DNA of 61,297 nt, the filler included, from Stramenopiles sp. TOSAG23-3 (Eukaryota): NCBI GenBank assembly GCA_900128585.1. It is 18 parts of 18 records of this genome, joined end to end, with 100 filler letters (N's around TTAATTAATTAA, not from the genome) between each part and the next. Parts side by side here need not be neighbours in the genome. Positions count along the whole stretch, not along the records: positions 1 to 3,323 come from LT644288.1; positions 3,424 to 6,746 come from LT644289.1; positions 6,847 to 10,167 come from LT644290.1; positions 10,268 to 13,587 come from LT644291.1; 14 more parts are not named here. One strand, given 5' to 3'. The notes beneath the pieces are model-generated. The model was not told the DNA's origin. It saw only the letters and a list, made by a program, of their open reading frames with translations, and made no database searches. Of this stretch, positions 1 to 10,385 are shown piece by piece (within the stretch, counting starts at the first letter, position 1; the number at the start of each line of letters is the position of its first letter). A program made the translations under genes and the position numbers.

Positions 1-100
1 AGGTGCTCGTTGTCTGACTTGTAAATCGGTCAAGGGGTTGTTATCTGTGGGTTGAGATGTCGGGGGAGGGTCGTTTGCGATATTTTCGATCGGCGGTAGA
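1..100 (-). repeat. Partial copy of dispersed repeat family 1
   Basis: GTTGAGATGTCGGGGGAGGGTCGTTTG is shared with 23964-23990. The reverse complement matches 24862-24935 (CGACCCTCCCCCGACA...CAGACAACGAGCAC). Confidence 0.9.
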
Positions 101-364
101 TTAAACTAAAAATGCTTTTTGTTAAATACACAGATCAGATCAAAACAGGAGGTAGGGTGATGTTGATCTCCTCATAACTCACATAATCAGATATTTAGAA
201 ATAAGACCATATTTTTGATTTTTCTACACTTCTACGTGCTGAAACTGTGATCTATTTCAGTTTCTTTAAAACAAAATACATGGGACTGAACGTGTACACA
301 GCTATTTACGAGTAACATTTTTTCTATATACTCCAAGCTGCCAACACAAGTACTCTTAAGAGTA

Positions 365-3307
365 CTAATCAGTGCGAACACGTTTTGACGGCCCTTCATG
401 GCTTCCCAAAGCGCGTTTTTCGCCCCCTCGATTTACCGATGGTCCTGGATTTACCAATGGCCCTGGTTGCGATCTGACTTCCCCTTCTTCCCCTTCATCA
501 ACGCTGACAGCGCATTGTTCATATGCGGAAACCCAATTCTCTTTAAGAGACTCTATTGCGCCGTGAACATATTCCTTTCTTTCACTTACCGTTTTATCTA
601 TGAGAGCAATTAAATCGTGGTCCCACAGCAGCTTCCGCAAATCGTTTGCATCATTTTCCCGACTAGCGATGATCAGATCTTGTTGAAGCAAAATTGAATA
701 AAACAAACTTTCCCTTTCTCCTACTCCCGGACGCAGTAATTCTCGCGCAACACCCGATGGAGACATTTCATATACAAATACCTCTCCCATTGCTTGCTTA
801 AACTTGACAAACAAATGTTGGGGTGAACACCCCATTATTTTTGCTACCCGGAGTCTTATTTCCGCAGCGATAACGTCGGCTATCCCTTGGTCCTTCACCT
901 CGCCGTTTAAACCACTCCACCGCCACCCATTAACTTTAATAACAGCAGGTTCGAAGAAAAAGGGAGGGATATCATAGTCTCGTTTTAGTTCCTCTACAGT
1001 TATCTCCGAGTCGGCAATTTTTTGAAACGAGCATGGGTGAATGTAATGGAATCCATTCCAAGTTATTTTCCTCGATAATGTCCCGTAACAGACATTAGAA
1101 TTACTTCTAACTGGCTCAAGTATGTTATCGTAATTTTTTTCTATTTCTTCCGTCTTGTCTCCACGTGTTAAATACAGTTTCTTCTCCCGTAGTTTGTCTT
1201 TGCATTTAATAGCCTTTAATTTTTGTAACCAACAATTTGCAGACAGTCCCGTTGCATAACCGTGTTTGTAGCCTGTCACTTCGACAATTTTTCCATGGGG
1301 TTCTCTGTATATAGCCATTGGGTGTAGTTGCGTGAAAATTTTTAAGCGGTCTACATTCGCCAAAGCGTAACGACGTTTTCCCTGGGCTCTCATGAGTAAT
1401 TCGTTTTCAGAACATCCAACAGGGTACAATGGAATCTTTTTGGACGAAATACCTCTAGCATTCATATGCTCGTCCGTGCACGCAGGGCTTTCCTTTACCA
1501 GCGCTGCTTTCACCTCAGAGACACTATTCAAACCAGCAAGACCTTCTTTGCTCTCGATGCCTTCAATTAGAGTGGCGCTACTTTCGTATCCAAGAATTTT
1601 GGTATTATTCAAATACTTGCAATACCCATCTAGTATCAATAAGGGCGTCTTTGTGATTTTCAAAACTCCTCCTGGGTCTTTTAGGTACTCTGATAGTGAA
1701 ATCGAACCGGTGTCCAAGCCAAGAATAACAATACAGGGATGCCTTTTTTCTCTGCCACCTCTTCCGATTCGCTGAACCAGAGACGGTTGGCTGCATTGAC
1801 CTGCGTCCGGGACAATGACCATGTCTGTTCCTCGGACATTCACCCCTGCCTCGAGCGCCGATGTGGCAATAATGATATGCATGCAATTATCTTTCACATA
1901 ATTGCTCATTTGCTTTTCGTAAAAGCGTCGTGCAGGAGCGGTCAATTCTCCGTGGTAATGAGTTTTGATTATTTTTTCCGGTTTATTGCCTTCTTTTGAT
2001 TCAAAAATTTGGTTGGCTACACCAAAGACCTGTTTTCCCAAGACTTTTCCCGCTTCAACATTGTCCAAAAATATAATTATTCGCTTTATGCAATTTTTCT
2101 CTTGGTTTATGGCTGTTTCAACAATATCGCAGACATCGCGACGACTCAGCACCGTCCCATATTGGATCAAAAAACGATTCAAGCACTCTGCGCCTTGATC
2201 TTCAGGGTCCGTAAAAAGTTCTTCTAGATCTTTATCTTCGTAGTCGTTGGGATCAACGGATTTCCATACGTTGTCCACCCCCGTTTCATCGGCATCGTTC
2301 GCAACACTTACGGGAAGAGGAGCTACGTTGAAGACTCTTTCTCTCGTTAGTTCTGTGGATGCAAGCAAATCCTTCGCAAACGTTAGCGCGTCTTCTTGTT
2401 TCCCCATTGTGGCACTTGCAAGAAGCACCGACAATTTTTTTTTATTGTGTTGCAAAAGAGCTCGCATTCGACGGATAGTTTCCCTTTCGGTTCCACCAAA
2501 GATACCTTCGAATTTGTGCGCTTCGTCTATCACTAGCAGAGTGTTATTTGCCACAAAAGCTTCTTTAAATGTCTTTACGAAAGAATCGCAACCTTCCGCG
2601 GTTGGCCAAGACCACTTATCGGGTGTTGCAAGTACGATATCTGCATGTTTCATCCTTCTCTCATTACCAGTATGGTATCCACCCCTCCAGACAATCCAAG
2701 TTATTTCCTGAGAACCATTCCCTTCATCGTCAGACGGCACAGAGAACGACCCACCCGTAGGCAAACCGTATGCTTTTGCATTCTTTGTTTTTTTGTCCAC
2801 AAAAGACTTTCTCGTAACGATTCCTCCCAACTTTTCTGTCAATTGCGCAAATGTCACGGCTATGTCTGACATTAATGCTTGGTATGGAATATGAATTACT
2901 GCCTTTCCACCCTTTAGAATGAAGTAGACAGCTGCAAGAATGTACACTGCCGTCTTTCCGTAAGCTGTCGGGACGGCAAGCACTAAATCTTTGTCTGGAT
3001 CCTGGACAAAAGCCTCCAGGGCCTCTTGCTGCTTCTTACGAAGTTGACCTTTGTACTCAGGAAACAACTGTTCGACCAAAACTTTCAGCATTGCCTTCCC
3101 CCCACCTTTGTCTTCTGATAGCGCCACAGGGTTCTCTACTGGACTGCTCCATTTGCAACACAACAGAAGATCATCACTGCAGTCGTACTCGCCGTCCATT
3201 AGTGTTTTAGCTACCTTCTTCCACTCTTCAAAATAGTTGGAAGTGTTTGGATTTGTCGTTGGCCAATCTTTTATTGTTTCTCTTTCGCCGTGGAAAGGCT
3301 CATACAT
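365..3307 (-). CDS. Divergent SF2 DEAH-box helicase of the Hrq1/MrfA(YprA) type, possibly 5'-partial
   Basis: Motifs: PTAYGKT (I), PYQAL (Ia), ATPD (Ib), LVIDEAHKFEGIFG (II), ASAT (III), ATSALEAGVNV (V), QRIGRGGR (VI), plus Hrq1/MrfA-like LHPMAIY. The frame stays open to the contig edge at 3323. Confidence 0.85.
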   Translation of the reverse strand: MYEPFHGERETIKDWPTTNPNTSNYFEEWKKVAKTLMDGEYDCSDDLLLCCKWSSPVENPVALSEDKGGGKAMLKVLVEQLFPEYKGQLRKKQQEALEAFVQDPDKDLVLAVPTAYGKTAVYILAAVYFILKGGKAVIHIPYQALMSDIAVTFAQLTEKLGGIVTRKSFVDKKTKNAKAYGLPTGGSFSVPSDDEGNGSQEITWIVWRGGYHTGNERRMKHADIVLATPDKWSWPTAEGCDSFVKTFKEAFVANNTLLVIDEAHKFEGIFGGTERETIRRMRALLQHNKKKLSVLLASATMGKQEDALTFAKDLLASTELTRERVFNVAPLPVSVANDADETGVDNVWKSVDPNDYEDKDLEELFTDPEDQGAECLNRFLIQYGTVLSRRDVCDIVETAINQEKNCIKRIIIFLDNVEAGKVLGKQVFGVANQIFESKEGNKPEKIIKTHYHGELTAPARRFYEKQMSNYVKDNCMHIIIATSALEAGVNVRGTDMVIVPDAGQCSQPSLVQRIGRGGREKRHPCIVILGLDTGSISLSEYLKDPGGVLKITKTPLLILDGYCKYLNNTKILGYESSATLIEGIESKEGLAGLNSVSEVKAALVKESPACTDEHMNARGISSKKIPLYPVGCSENELLMRAQGKRRYALANVDRLKIFTQLHPMAIYREPHGKIVEVTGYKHGYATGLSANCWLQKLKAIKCKDKLREKKLYLTRGDKTEEIEKNYDNILEPVRSNSNVCYGTLSRKITWNGFHYIHPCSFQKIADSEITVEELKRDYDIPPFFFEPAVIKVNGWRWSGLNGEVKDQGIADVIAAEIRLRVAKIMGCSPQHLFVKFKQAMGEVFVYEMSPSGVARELLRPGVGERESLFYSILLQQDLIIASRENDANDLRKLLWDHDLIALIDKTVSERKEYVHGAIESLKENWVSAYEQCAVSVDEGEEGEVRSQPGPLVNPGPSVNRGGEKRALGSHEGPSKRVRTD

Positions 3308-3323
3308 AAAGCGAAAGCGAGCC

Positions 3324-3423
3324 NNNNNNNNNNNNNNNNNNNNNNNNNNNNNNNNNNNNNNNNNNNNTTAATTAATTAANNNNNNNNNNNNNNNNNNNNN
3401 NNNNNNNNNNNNNNNNNNNNNNN
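3324..3423. other. Artificial contig spacer (N44-TTAATTAATTAA-N44), first of 17
   Basis: The identical 100-nt spacer starts at 3324, 6747, 10168, 13588, 17007, 20425, 23840, 27252, 30664, 34075, 37485, 40895, 44304, 47711, 51112, 54510 and 57905. It carries stops in all six frames, and the flanked pieces are in descending length order. Confidence 0.99.
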
Positions 3424-4040
3424 TTCTTCTTCTTTCTTCTTCTTCTTCTTCTTTCTTCTTCTTTCTTCTTCTTTCTTCTTCCGCTTTTTTCTTTCAGCAT
3501 CAGCGAAGATTTCATTTCCGGCGTTTCGGGGATATGAGAGATGACGGCGGTGTGAGGTTGATCGTTTCATTGATTAATATAAATATAGCATTGAATTGGA
3601 TACTCACCCACCATTTTCATATTCTTTCTTTTCCATTCCTTCCTCTTATTATGATCCTGTTATTTTATTTTATTCATATTATTTATTTTAGAAGAAGAAG
3701 AAAGAAGAATAAAATCAATTATTATTATTCTTTCTTTTTTCCTTTTGTGTTGTGTTCTTGTTCTTGTTGTCCTTCTTTTCTTCCTCTTTTTTTTTGATTG
3801 TATAATACGATTAAAAAGTGCGCGCGACTTGTTTGTATGTGTAATATTTATAACTTAAAAGTTACAAAAAGGAAACCTGTCCTACTCATCGATATAAAAT
3901 TCTGCATAAAGAATAAACATTCACAGAAATTATTTACAATTAACAAATAAATAGTTTTATACAGTTGAAAGCGATTGTTTTTTTATTCGTCCGAAGCAAA
4001 AGTAACCACCCCAACGAAAGTTCACGCGCGCGCGCAGCAA

Positions 4041-5939
4041 ATGGCAGAGTCTTTACCCTTCTTAGACTTGGAAAATATTCCGGGGCAGTCTGCAGAGACG
4101 GGCTGCAACATGGATGAGACCGCGTCGTCAATTGATTTGGACTGCTCTTCAATGTCTGAAGAGTCCGTTTCCTCCGAAGAATCGACCTCTTTTACAAGTG
4201 ACCTTGGCTTATCCCCGGTAAAGGAAGAAGCAGAGACCGGGGCAGACGATTCGGTGGTCCACTATAGCGATTCCTCGGACTCCGAGGACGAGGAGTCCGA
4301 CATTGAAAAGTTGTTAGCTCTGCGAGCAGAAGAACTTGCTGCAGCGAATAACCTAGGACTGACCTTTAGGTGTTTAGAAAAATCCGCAGAGGCCAACTTT
4401 CGAGCGTCAAAGAAGGTTCAGAGAGTGAAAAGTGCTGTCTCGAACCCAATGCAATTTGAAGCTGTTAGACTGCGAGTGAACAAGGTCCGGGCCATGACGA
4501 AACACCTCACGGCCCACGTTCTGAGCGCGACTGCAGACGCTGTGGACGTTGCAAAAAAGACCTATGAAGGGTATCAAGTCACGGACAACGGTGACGGCGT
4601 GCGCACGATCACAAAGATAGACATGTTAGAGCAGGAATTGGCAGAGTTGAAGGCAATGATGAAGCAGATGGCGGTGATGAACAGCAACTTGGGGAAGCAG
4701 AGAGAAATGGCCGGGGGCGGTGGGGACGACCGCGAAGCCCGTGAACCATTTCACTCTACCATGCAAGAGGCCAGGGATAAAAAAACGATTGAAACTCCTG
4801 TAGAGAAAGCCATGGAACAAGCGAAGCCGTCAAACAAAGTCCACCCCTGTGCGGCGCTTTTGCGAAACATCGGCTCAAAGACCGCTTTGAAAAAGGTGAA
4901 GGGTCGCCGTTCCCTCGGCGGCACTCCGAAAGTTGCAGTGAAGACCCACAAGAAGTCAGGATCATTCAACGCTTCCATGCTGCAACAGGCACTAAACAAA
5001 AAGTTTAAAAATGCCCACTGCGACAGTAGTAGTGATGAAGACAGCGACAGCGACAGTTCCTTTTCCAGCAGTAGCAGCTGCAGCAGTTATTCGAGCGATG
5101 AGGAGGAAGAGAGCGAACAACGCCCAAAGGTTGTACGAATTCCATTCAACAAGCCTGCCAGTCGGCCTACCATTAAACAGGCGGTGAAAGTGACGAACGC
5201 TGTTGGGCAGGCTTCCAAAACGAAAGCACCGAAGGCTTCACTTGCGTTTCTGGATGGCATCAAGAGCTTCGACAAAAAGAAGACCTTGACTCCGGTGAAA
5301 CATTCGGAGAGCAAAACCGAACGCAGGTCACCCACCGGAACGAAAAGAAACAACGGCAACGTGAGCACGGCGAAAGAGAAGATAGTCAAGAAGCAAATGC
5401 CGACGGGCTTGCTGGGAAGCATCAAAGCGTTTAAAAAATCGCGTGGGTTAACCCCTGTGAAGAAAGAGGAGAAACCGAAAGCAACGAAAGAAGACATGAG
5501 CGCTGGCCATCGCCTCAATCTCCTGAACGAAATCAAAATTTTCAAGAAAAAATCTTCGTTAGCGCCAAGCTTGCCAACGAAACAATGTTCACTAGACTCC
5601 CCGGGTCCGTCCAAGAACCATTTTTTGAGTGCAATACAGAATTTCAACATAAAGAAAAATTTGCGGAAAACTCCCGTGAGAGAAAAGAAAGCGAAGGAGA
5701 GCAAGCGCATTGCGAAGAACGCCGGGCCAGTCGCGGGCAACGTTTTTGCTGACGCCATTTTGAATCGCAGGAACATGTTAAGAAAAACCCACAAACGCTT
5801 CGAGAAAAAAGAGAGGAACGAGAACTCCATCACGGGCATGAACAGCGACCAAAGTTCGCCACAAAAAAACCCATTTTTGAAAGTCCAGCTGAAGAAAGTT
5901 GTTAGATCCACTTCCAATGCGGAAAACGCATGGGTTTGA
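4041..5939 (+). CDS. MTFR1/PRR11-like protein with tandem WH2-like repeats
   Basis: KIDMLEQELAELK coil, LKKVKGRRSLGGTP and LQQALNKKF resemble MTFR1/PRR11 blocks. Four to six C-terminal helix+L(R/K/T)xx repeats follow. First ATG is at 4041. Confidence 0.6.
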   Translation: MAESLPFLDLENIPGQSAETGCNMDETASSIDLDCSSMSEESVSSEESTSFTSDLGLSPVKEEAETGADDSVVHYSDSSDSEDEESDIEKLLALRAEELAAANNLGLTFRCLEKSAEANFRASKKVQRVKSAVSNPMQFEAVRLRVNKVRAMTKHLTAHVLSATADAVDVAKKTYEGYQVTDNGDGVRTITKIDMLEQELAELKAMMKQMAVMNSNLGKQREMAGGGGDDREAREPFHSTMQEARDKKTIETPVEKAMEQAKPSNKVHPCAALLRNIGSKTALKKVKGRRSLGGTPKVAVKTHKKSGSFNASMLQQALNKKFKNAHCDSSSDEDSDSDSSFSSSSSCSSYSSDEEEESEQRPKVVRIPFNKPASRPTIKQAVKVTNAVGQASKTKAPKASLAFLDGIKSFDKKKTLTPVKHSESKTERRSPTGTKRNNGNVSTAKEKIVKKQMPTGLLGSIKAFKKSRGLTPVKKEEKPKATKEDMSAGHRLNLLNEIKIFKKKSSLAPSLPTKQCSLDSPGPSKNHFLSAIQNFNIKKNLRKTPVREKKAKESKRIAKNAGPVAGNVFADAILNRRNMLRKTHKRFEKKERNENSITGMNSDQSSPQKNPFLKVQLKKVVRSTSNAENAWV

Positions 5940-6098
5940 AGAACCGTAAAATCCGACGTGGGTGTTATTTTTTCCCCCTTGAAACACTTCAAGCCTACAG
6001 TAAAAAACGTAAGAATATGTACGTACCAATTTTATTTTCTATTTAAATCCTGTGTACTGTGTACCTGTATATTACCGAAACAAAACGAAACTGAAGAA

Positions 6099-6593
6099 AC
6101 ACGACCGTCTTTTTTTTTTTTACAGTAAAATGCAGTGGTAGACACCTGTTCTATAAAGTGGTCAGTGTCCTTGGCGCGAAAAAAAATCCGACTCGAATTT
6201 CAAAGTATGAAAGAAATACGTCATAAAATGACAAATGAAAGGTAGGCGGATTCCTAACTGTATAAGTTTAGCCCAGGCAATTGTTGCGCTCAAAACTTTC
6301 GACCGTCAACAAATGTTTATAAATTGTTTGTCCCCAATTGACTTGGAATTACGGTTCCTAGGGACAATTTTTTGTGAAATGGACGATTTGGACCAAATAT
6401 CGCCCGGACAAACACTTATTCATTTGTGGGATTGGGAAAAACGAATCATAGGGGCACAATTTTATGTATCTGAAAGGGCATTTGACTTTTTAAAATTATG
6501 AAAATTATCCTTTTTTCATAAACATCTCTTCGTTTGAAATAGTTAACACAAAGTCCTTTGCACTTTTTCAATTCCGCGCCAAAGATACTGAAC
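6099..6593 (+). mobile_element. Non-autonomous ~495-bp element (family 2), copy 1
   Basis: Colinear and highly similar to 58767-59262 on another contig. Imperfect inverted repeat 6162-6178 / 6575-6591. Confidence 0.8.
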
Positions 6594-6846
6594 GGGAGGA
6601 GGATGTCGATCATCATCCTCGGCGATTTTTTTGCTCTGCAATTTTACGAACAAAATTTGTGCGATTTGTAATGCTGTGTTGATGTTATAATTTTTTTGTG
6701 CGAGAAAGAAACAAAACAATGCTGTATTAATATTATTAGGAATTATNNNNNNNNNNNNNNNNNNNNNNNNNNNNNNNNNNNNNNNNNNNNTTAATTAATT
6801 AANNNNNNNNNNNNNNNNNNNNNNNNNNNNNNNNNNNNNNNNNNNN

Positions 6847-6965
6847 AAACAAAGAAACAAAGAAACAAAGAAACAAAGAAACAAAGAAACAAAGAAACAA
6901 AGAAACAAAGAAACAAAGAAACAAACAAAGAAACAAAGAAACAAAGAAACAAAGAAACAAAGAAA
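6847..6965. repeat. (AAAGAAAC)n microsatellite
   Basis: About 14 tandem 8-mers at the contig start. Confidence 0.97.
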
Positions 6966-7488
6966 TGCAATAACCCTAATAATAAACCCCATATGCACAA
7001 TAAATAAGGTGTGTATTTCTACATATAATAAATAAATTCGTCTTTTTTCTTATATCGATTTCTAGCTCTATGTATCATTAGTTGAATTATTTATTCTCAA
7101 AAGGATGAATCTAACTCCCTCCCGAAGGGACAAACCTTAATTATGGATTATGTCGAAAACATATTCATCATAGCATTGAAACGAAGCGACAAAATTATTA
7201 TTTTTTCTTCTTTTTTTCTTCCCGAAAAAAAAAAAGAAGAAGAAGGAAGAAGAAGAAGGGAAGAAAAAAAAAAAATAATAATAATTTTTTAGTATTTTCA
7301 GAAAGAAGATTTATTGTTATGTCTATTATATCAGGGAATGAGAGTTGAAAAGAAGAACCTATTCTTTTTTCCATTATTATCAGAATGATTATTTACGGTT
7401 CACTGCTATTGTATAGAGTTATATACAGAGGTTTCCCGATTATGTTTGAAAGCAATTGTGTGTACTTTAGAATTGAATTGCAAAGCAG

Positions 7489-8049
7489 ATGATAAAGTAC
7501 ATTCCGAGGGTGCGTCGCTTGCCGTTGGCCGTTTGTTTGGTGGTACTGAGTCTGGTGGTAACGGTTCGGGGTTTTGGAGGTATGTTTCGGCTCGCAGAGC
7601 GTATTGTGGAAGATCATGATCCCACGTTTAGGAAAGGGTTGAAGCTGAAAGGCGGGATGTACTGCGCGCAAAAAGAAATTAATCTCTTGGTGACACGGTA
7701 CGTGGTGGTGGTTACAGCAAAGTTGTTGTTGGAGAAAAATGAGTTTAGTTTCCGCTTAAACGGTGACGCACACCTTTCTTGGTGCCACCACTCGTGGTTT
7801 CGTTACACTGAAGCAACGGGTGAAGTTGGGATCCGACCGTCTCAATGCTTCGAGAACGTCCTGAAGAATTACATGCTTCATTCCCCGGTCGTAAAGGTGA
7901 TCGATGAGGGTAGCTTTCGGGTGGATGTCTCTGGAACGCTCGCTTCTGCAAGCGTCTTGTTCGAATCGTGTTCAAAGGAAGAGGCACATAAATACGCGAC
8001 AGAATACCAGACATTGGATTTCAGCTCTTCTTCAGTAGAGGAATTGTAA
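7489..8049 (+). CDS. Hypothetical secretory-pathway protein, 186 aa
   Basis: Hydrophobic N-terminal segment LAVCLVVLSLVVTV. GC-richer island in AT-rich flanks. Ends in VEEL (KDEL-like). Confidence 0.65.
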   Translation: MIKYIPRVRRLPLAVCLVVLSLVVTVRGFGGMFRLAERIVEDHDPTFRKGLKLKGGMYCAQKEINLLVTRYVVVVTAKLLLEKNEFSFRLNGDAHLSWCHHSWFRYTEATGEVGIRPSQCFENVLKNYMLHSPVVKVIDEGSFRVDVSGTLASASVLFESCSKEEAHKYATEYQTLDFSSSSVEEL

Positions 8050-8707
8050 GTTATTTTTCTGGTAGTATAAATAATATCCCAGTATATGTACATTTTATGA
8101 CAACCTTTGTCGCATTTTTCCGTCTTCCGAAACATCAGATTTCGTTCTAAAACCAATCTCCTCTTTTTTCTCCTCCTATTATTATTCGCATACTACAATT
8201 TTACATAATTTTGGTCTTTTTTTCACAAAAGCTCCCGCCTGCACATGCCGGCGAGAAAAAGTACATTTTTGTGGTTCTTACTCCGCGCTATACGACCTGG
8301 CCACCGTCGCGTCGCCAACGCCACACCGACGACCGTCGCAATCCCTCTGAACAGGTTCATGTTGAATGGGAAAAGAAGAGCTGTACGGGTACGCCTTATC
8401 GTACTTACCTCTATAAATAGCAGCTAACTAGCAGCAGCAACAAACAAGAAGCCCTCTCTCTCCTCCTCTCTCCTATCCTGCTCTCCTAAATTCAACATTC
8501 AACATTCAATATTCAATATTTTTCGTATTCAATGTGGTGACATATTATAAAGACTAACAGGGCATACATGTGTAATTATAATAACACTCAAAAGCACAAA
8601 GGGGAATGATTGTATTTGGTAAATGAACAGAGGAAGGAGAAATTCTCATTTCATCGGTTAGTTGTACCCCTTTTCAATGCATACGGGCGAAAGAGGCTTG
8701 CCACCAC

Positions 8708-10063
8708 ATGCTTTCCCACGCAAGAGCTCTGTGCGCGTTTGCATTTTTGTTTCACTGCGGTTGGAGCGTTTGGGAAAGAAATATTTTCCCGATATGGCTT
8801 GCAAATGTGACGGGCTCGACTGTTAGTGTTGGTTTAATTCAGAGTGTTCAGGGTATAGTGGCGGTACTGGCGGGGCCGATTGTAGGCACAGCAATTGATG
8901 TTTTTTCTAGGGCAAGTATCAAGAGGTTCATGATCATCGAAGGAATGTTCAGCCTAGGCTTCCTATTTTTCTCCCTGTACACTTTCGATGTGAACAGGAG
9001 CTGGGTTCTATATTTGGGCATGGGATTTTGGGGCATTTTGCTCTCTACCCAAGGGACTCTGGTTGATACGTTGATTGCTGACTACACTGAGAAGGGGAAA
9101 GAACGAACAGAGATGTATGCTATCAAGAGTACATTTTGGAGAATGGGAGGGCTCTGCGGCCAGATCTTCAACTTGGCATATTTCTACACGTCAGGTGATT
9201 CGTGGTCGGTGATAATATTGGAAAAAATTATGTACGTTGGGCTGGGCATTATGGCCCTATCGCTTGGTCTAGTAGCCTGCTGCCTGGTGACAAAACTTCC
9301 GAGTGAAAGCAAACCGAATGAAAAATCCCCGCTGTCCCCGACAGCACCGTTGCTAATTCCTGACGATCTTGACAAGCAGAACGTGGATTCGCGCCGTCAG
9401 CCAGAGCCCGGAATGGCGCCGCCAGGCAAGCGTTGTCTCCAGCCAAAATGGGTGATTTTTTGCTCGGTCCTGTTGAGGGTTTTTGGAAAAGGAATCGCAA
9501 TGCGTCTGATCCCTATCTACTTTCAGCAGCACTACCTTGTTGCCCCAACCACGTTGACTTGTAAGTATCCTCTTCTCCAGATTTAGCGACCCTCCGTTCT
9601 TGTCCTACTAACAACAATTGGGATCACACACACAGGGATAGTTATTGCTGGGCAAACCTTGTCTGTATTTTCCCCCACTCTTTGCTTGAAACTTGCGTCG
9701 CTATTCGGGCGACCAAAAACTATCGTACTGGTTCGGATTGTTGAACCTGTTGCACTGTTTGTTATGGGATTTATAACTGACAATGTGTACTTTGTTGCGG
9801 GAACATTTGTAGTATTTCTTGGACTACCCATTGGTTCGAAAGCGATTGAAAAGGCAGTCTTGATGGATTACAGTCCGAAGCGATCACGAGGCAGGTGGAA
9901 TGCCCTGGAAAGCGTAAATCGTGTGTCGTGGGCGGGAAGCGCTGCTCTGGGCGGGATATTGGCTACATATGCTGGCTGGATCCCTGTGTTTGCTAGCAGT
10001 GGTTTTTTTGTCGGATTGTCCGTTCTAACAATGTCAGGATTGCTAACATTTGTGATCAAATAG
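8708..10063 (+). CDS. MFS transporter; exons 8708-9560 and 9636-10063
   Basis: Multiple TM helices and MFS-like loops (GTAIDVFSR, SLFGRPK, DYSPKRSRGRW). Intron 9561-9635 (GTAAGT...TACTAAC...CACAG) joins the two ORFs in frame (..TLT-W-IVIAGQ..). Confidence 0.88.
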
Positions 10064-10385
10064 TTCTTCCCTTTTTGATCGATTTTATAACACAGCATCT
10101 TCTTCGCTGTGGTTCTGCTGCTTCTTCCTTCGATTTTTTTATTATTAATAATGGTCGTTCTAGTTTTNNNNNNNNNNNNNNNNNNNNNNNNNNNNNNNNN
10201 NNNNNNNNNNNTTAATTAATTAANNNNNNNNNNNNNNNNNNNNNNNNNNNNNNNNNNNNNNNNNNNNGTTCATTCTGTCCGTGGAAAAGATCGGAAGGAA
10301 AAAAATCAACGAAGAAAGGTGTGGCTTCTTTCTGCTATTACACGGCGCAAATAACTTTGTTGGTATCTCTTCCCGGAGAAGCGAT

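Noticed and set aside
3368-3379. TTAATTAATTAA recurring every ~3.4 kb, superficially like a regular array
   Set aside because: It is an assembly linker embedded in N runs. Any operon-like or system-like linkage across these spacers is artefactual.
5087-5992. Long antisense ORFs (also 29145-30095, 12590-13285 and 59419-60381)
   Set aside because: They mirror well-supported genes on the other strand and have no independent motifs.
6235-6501. Similar short ORFs at 6235-6501 and 58903-59112 (..FLGTIFCEM.DLDQ..)
   Set aside because: The similarity follows from DNA-level repeat homology. Stop positions differ and there is no transposase motif.
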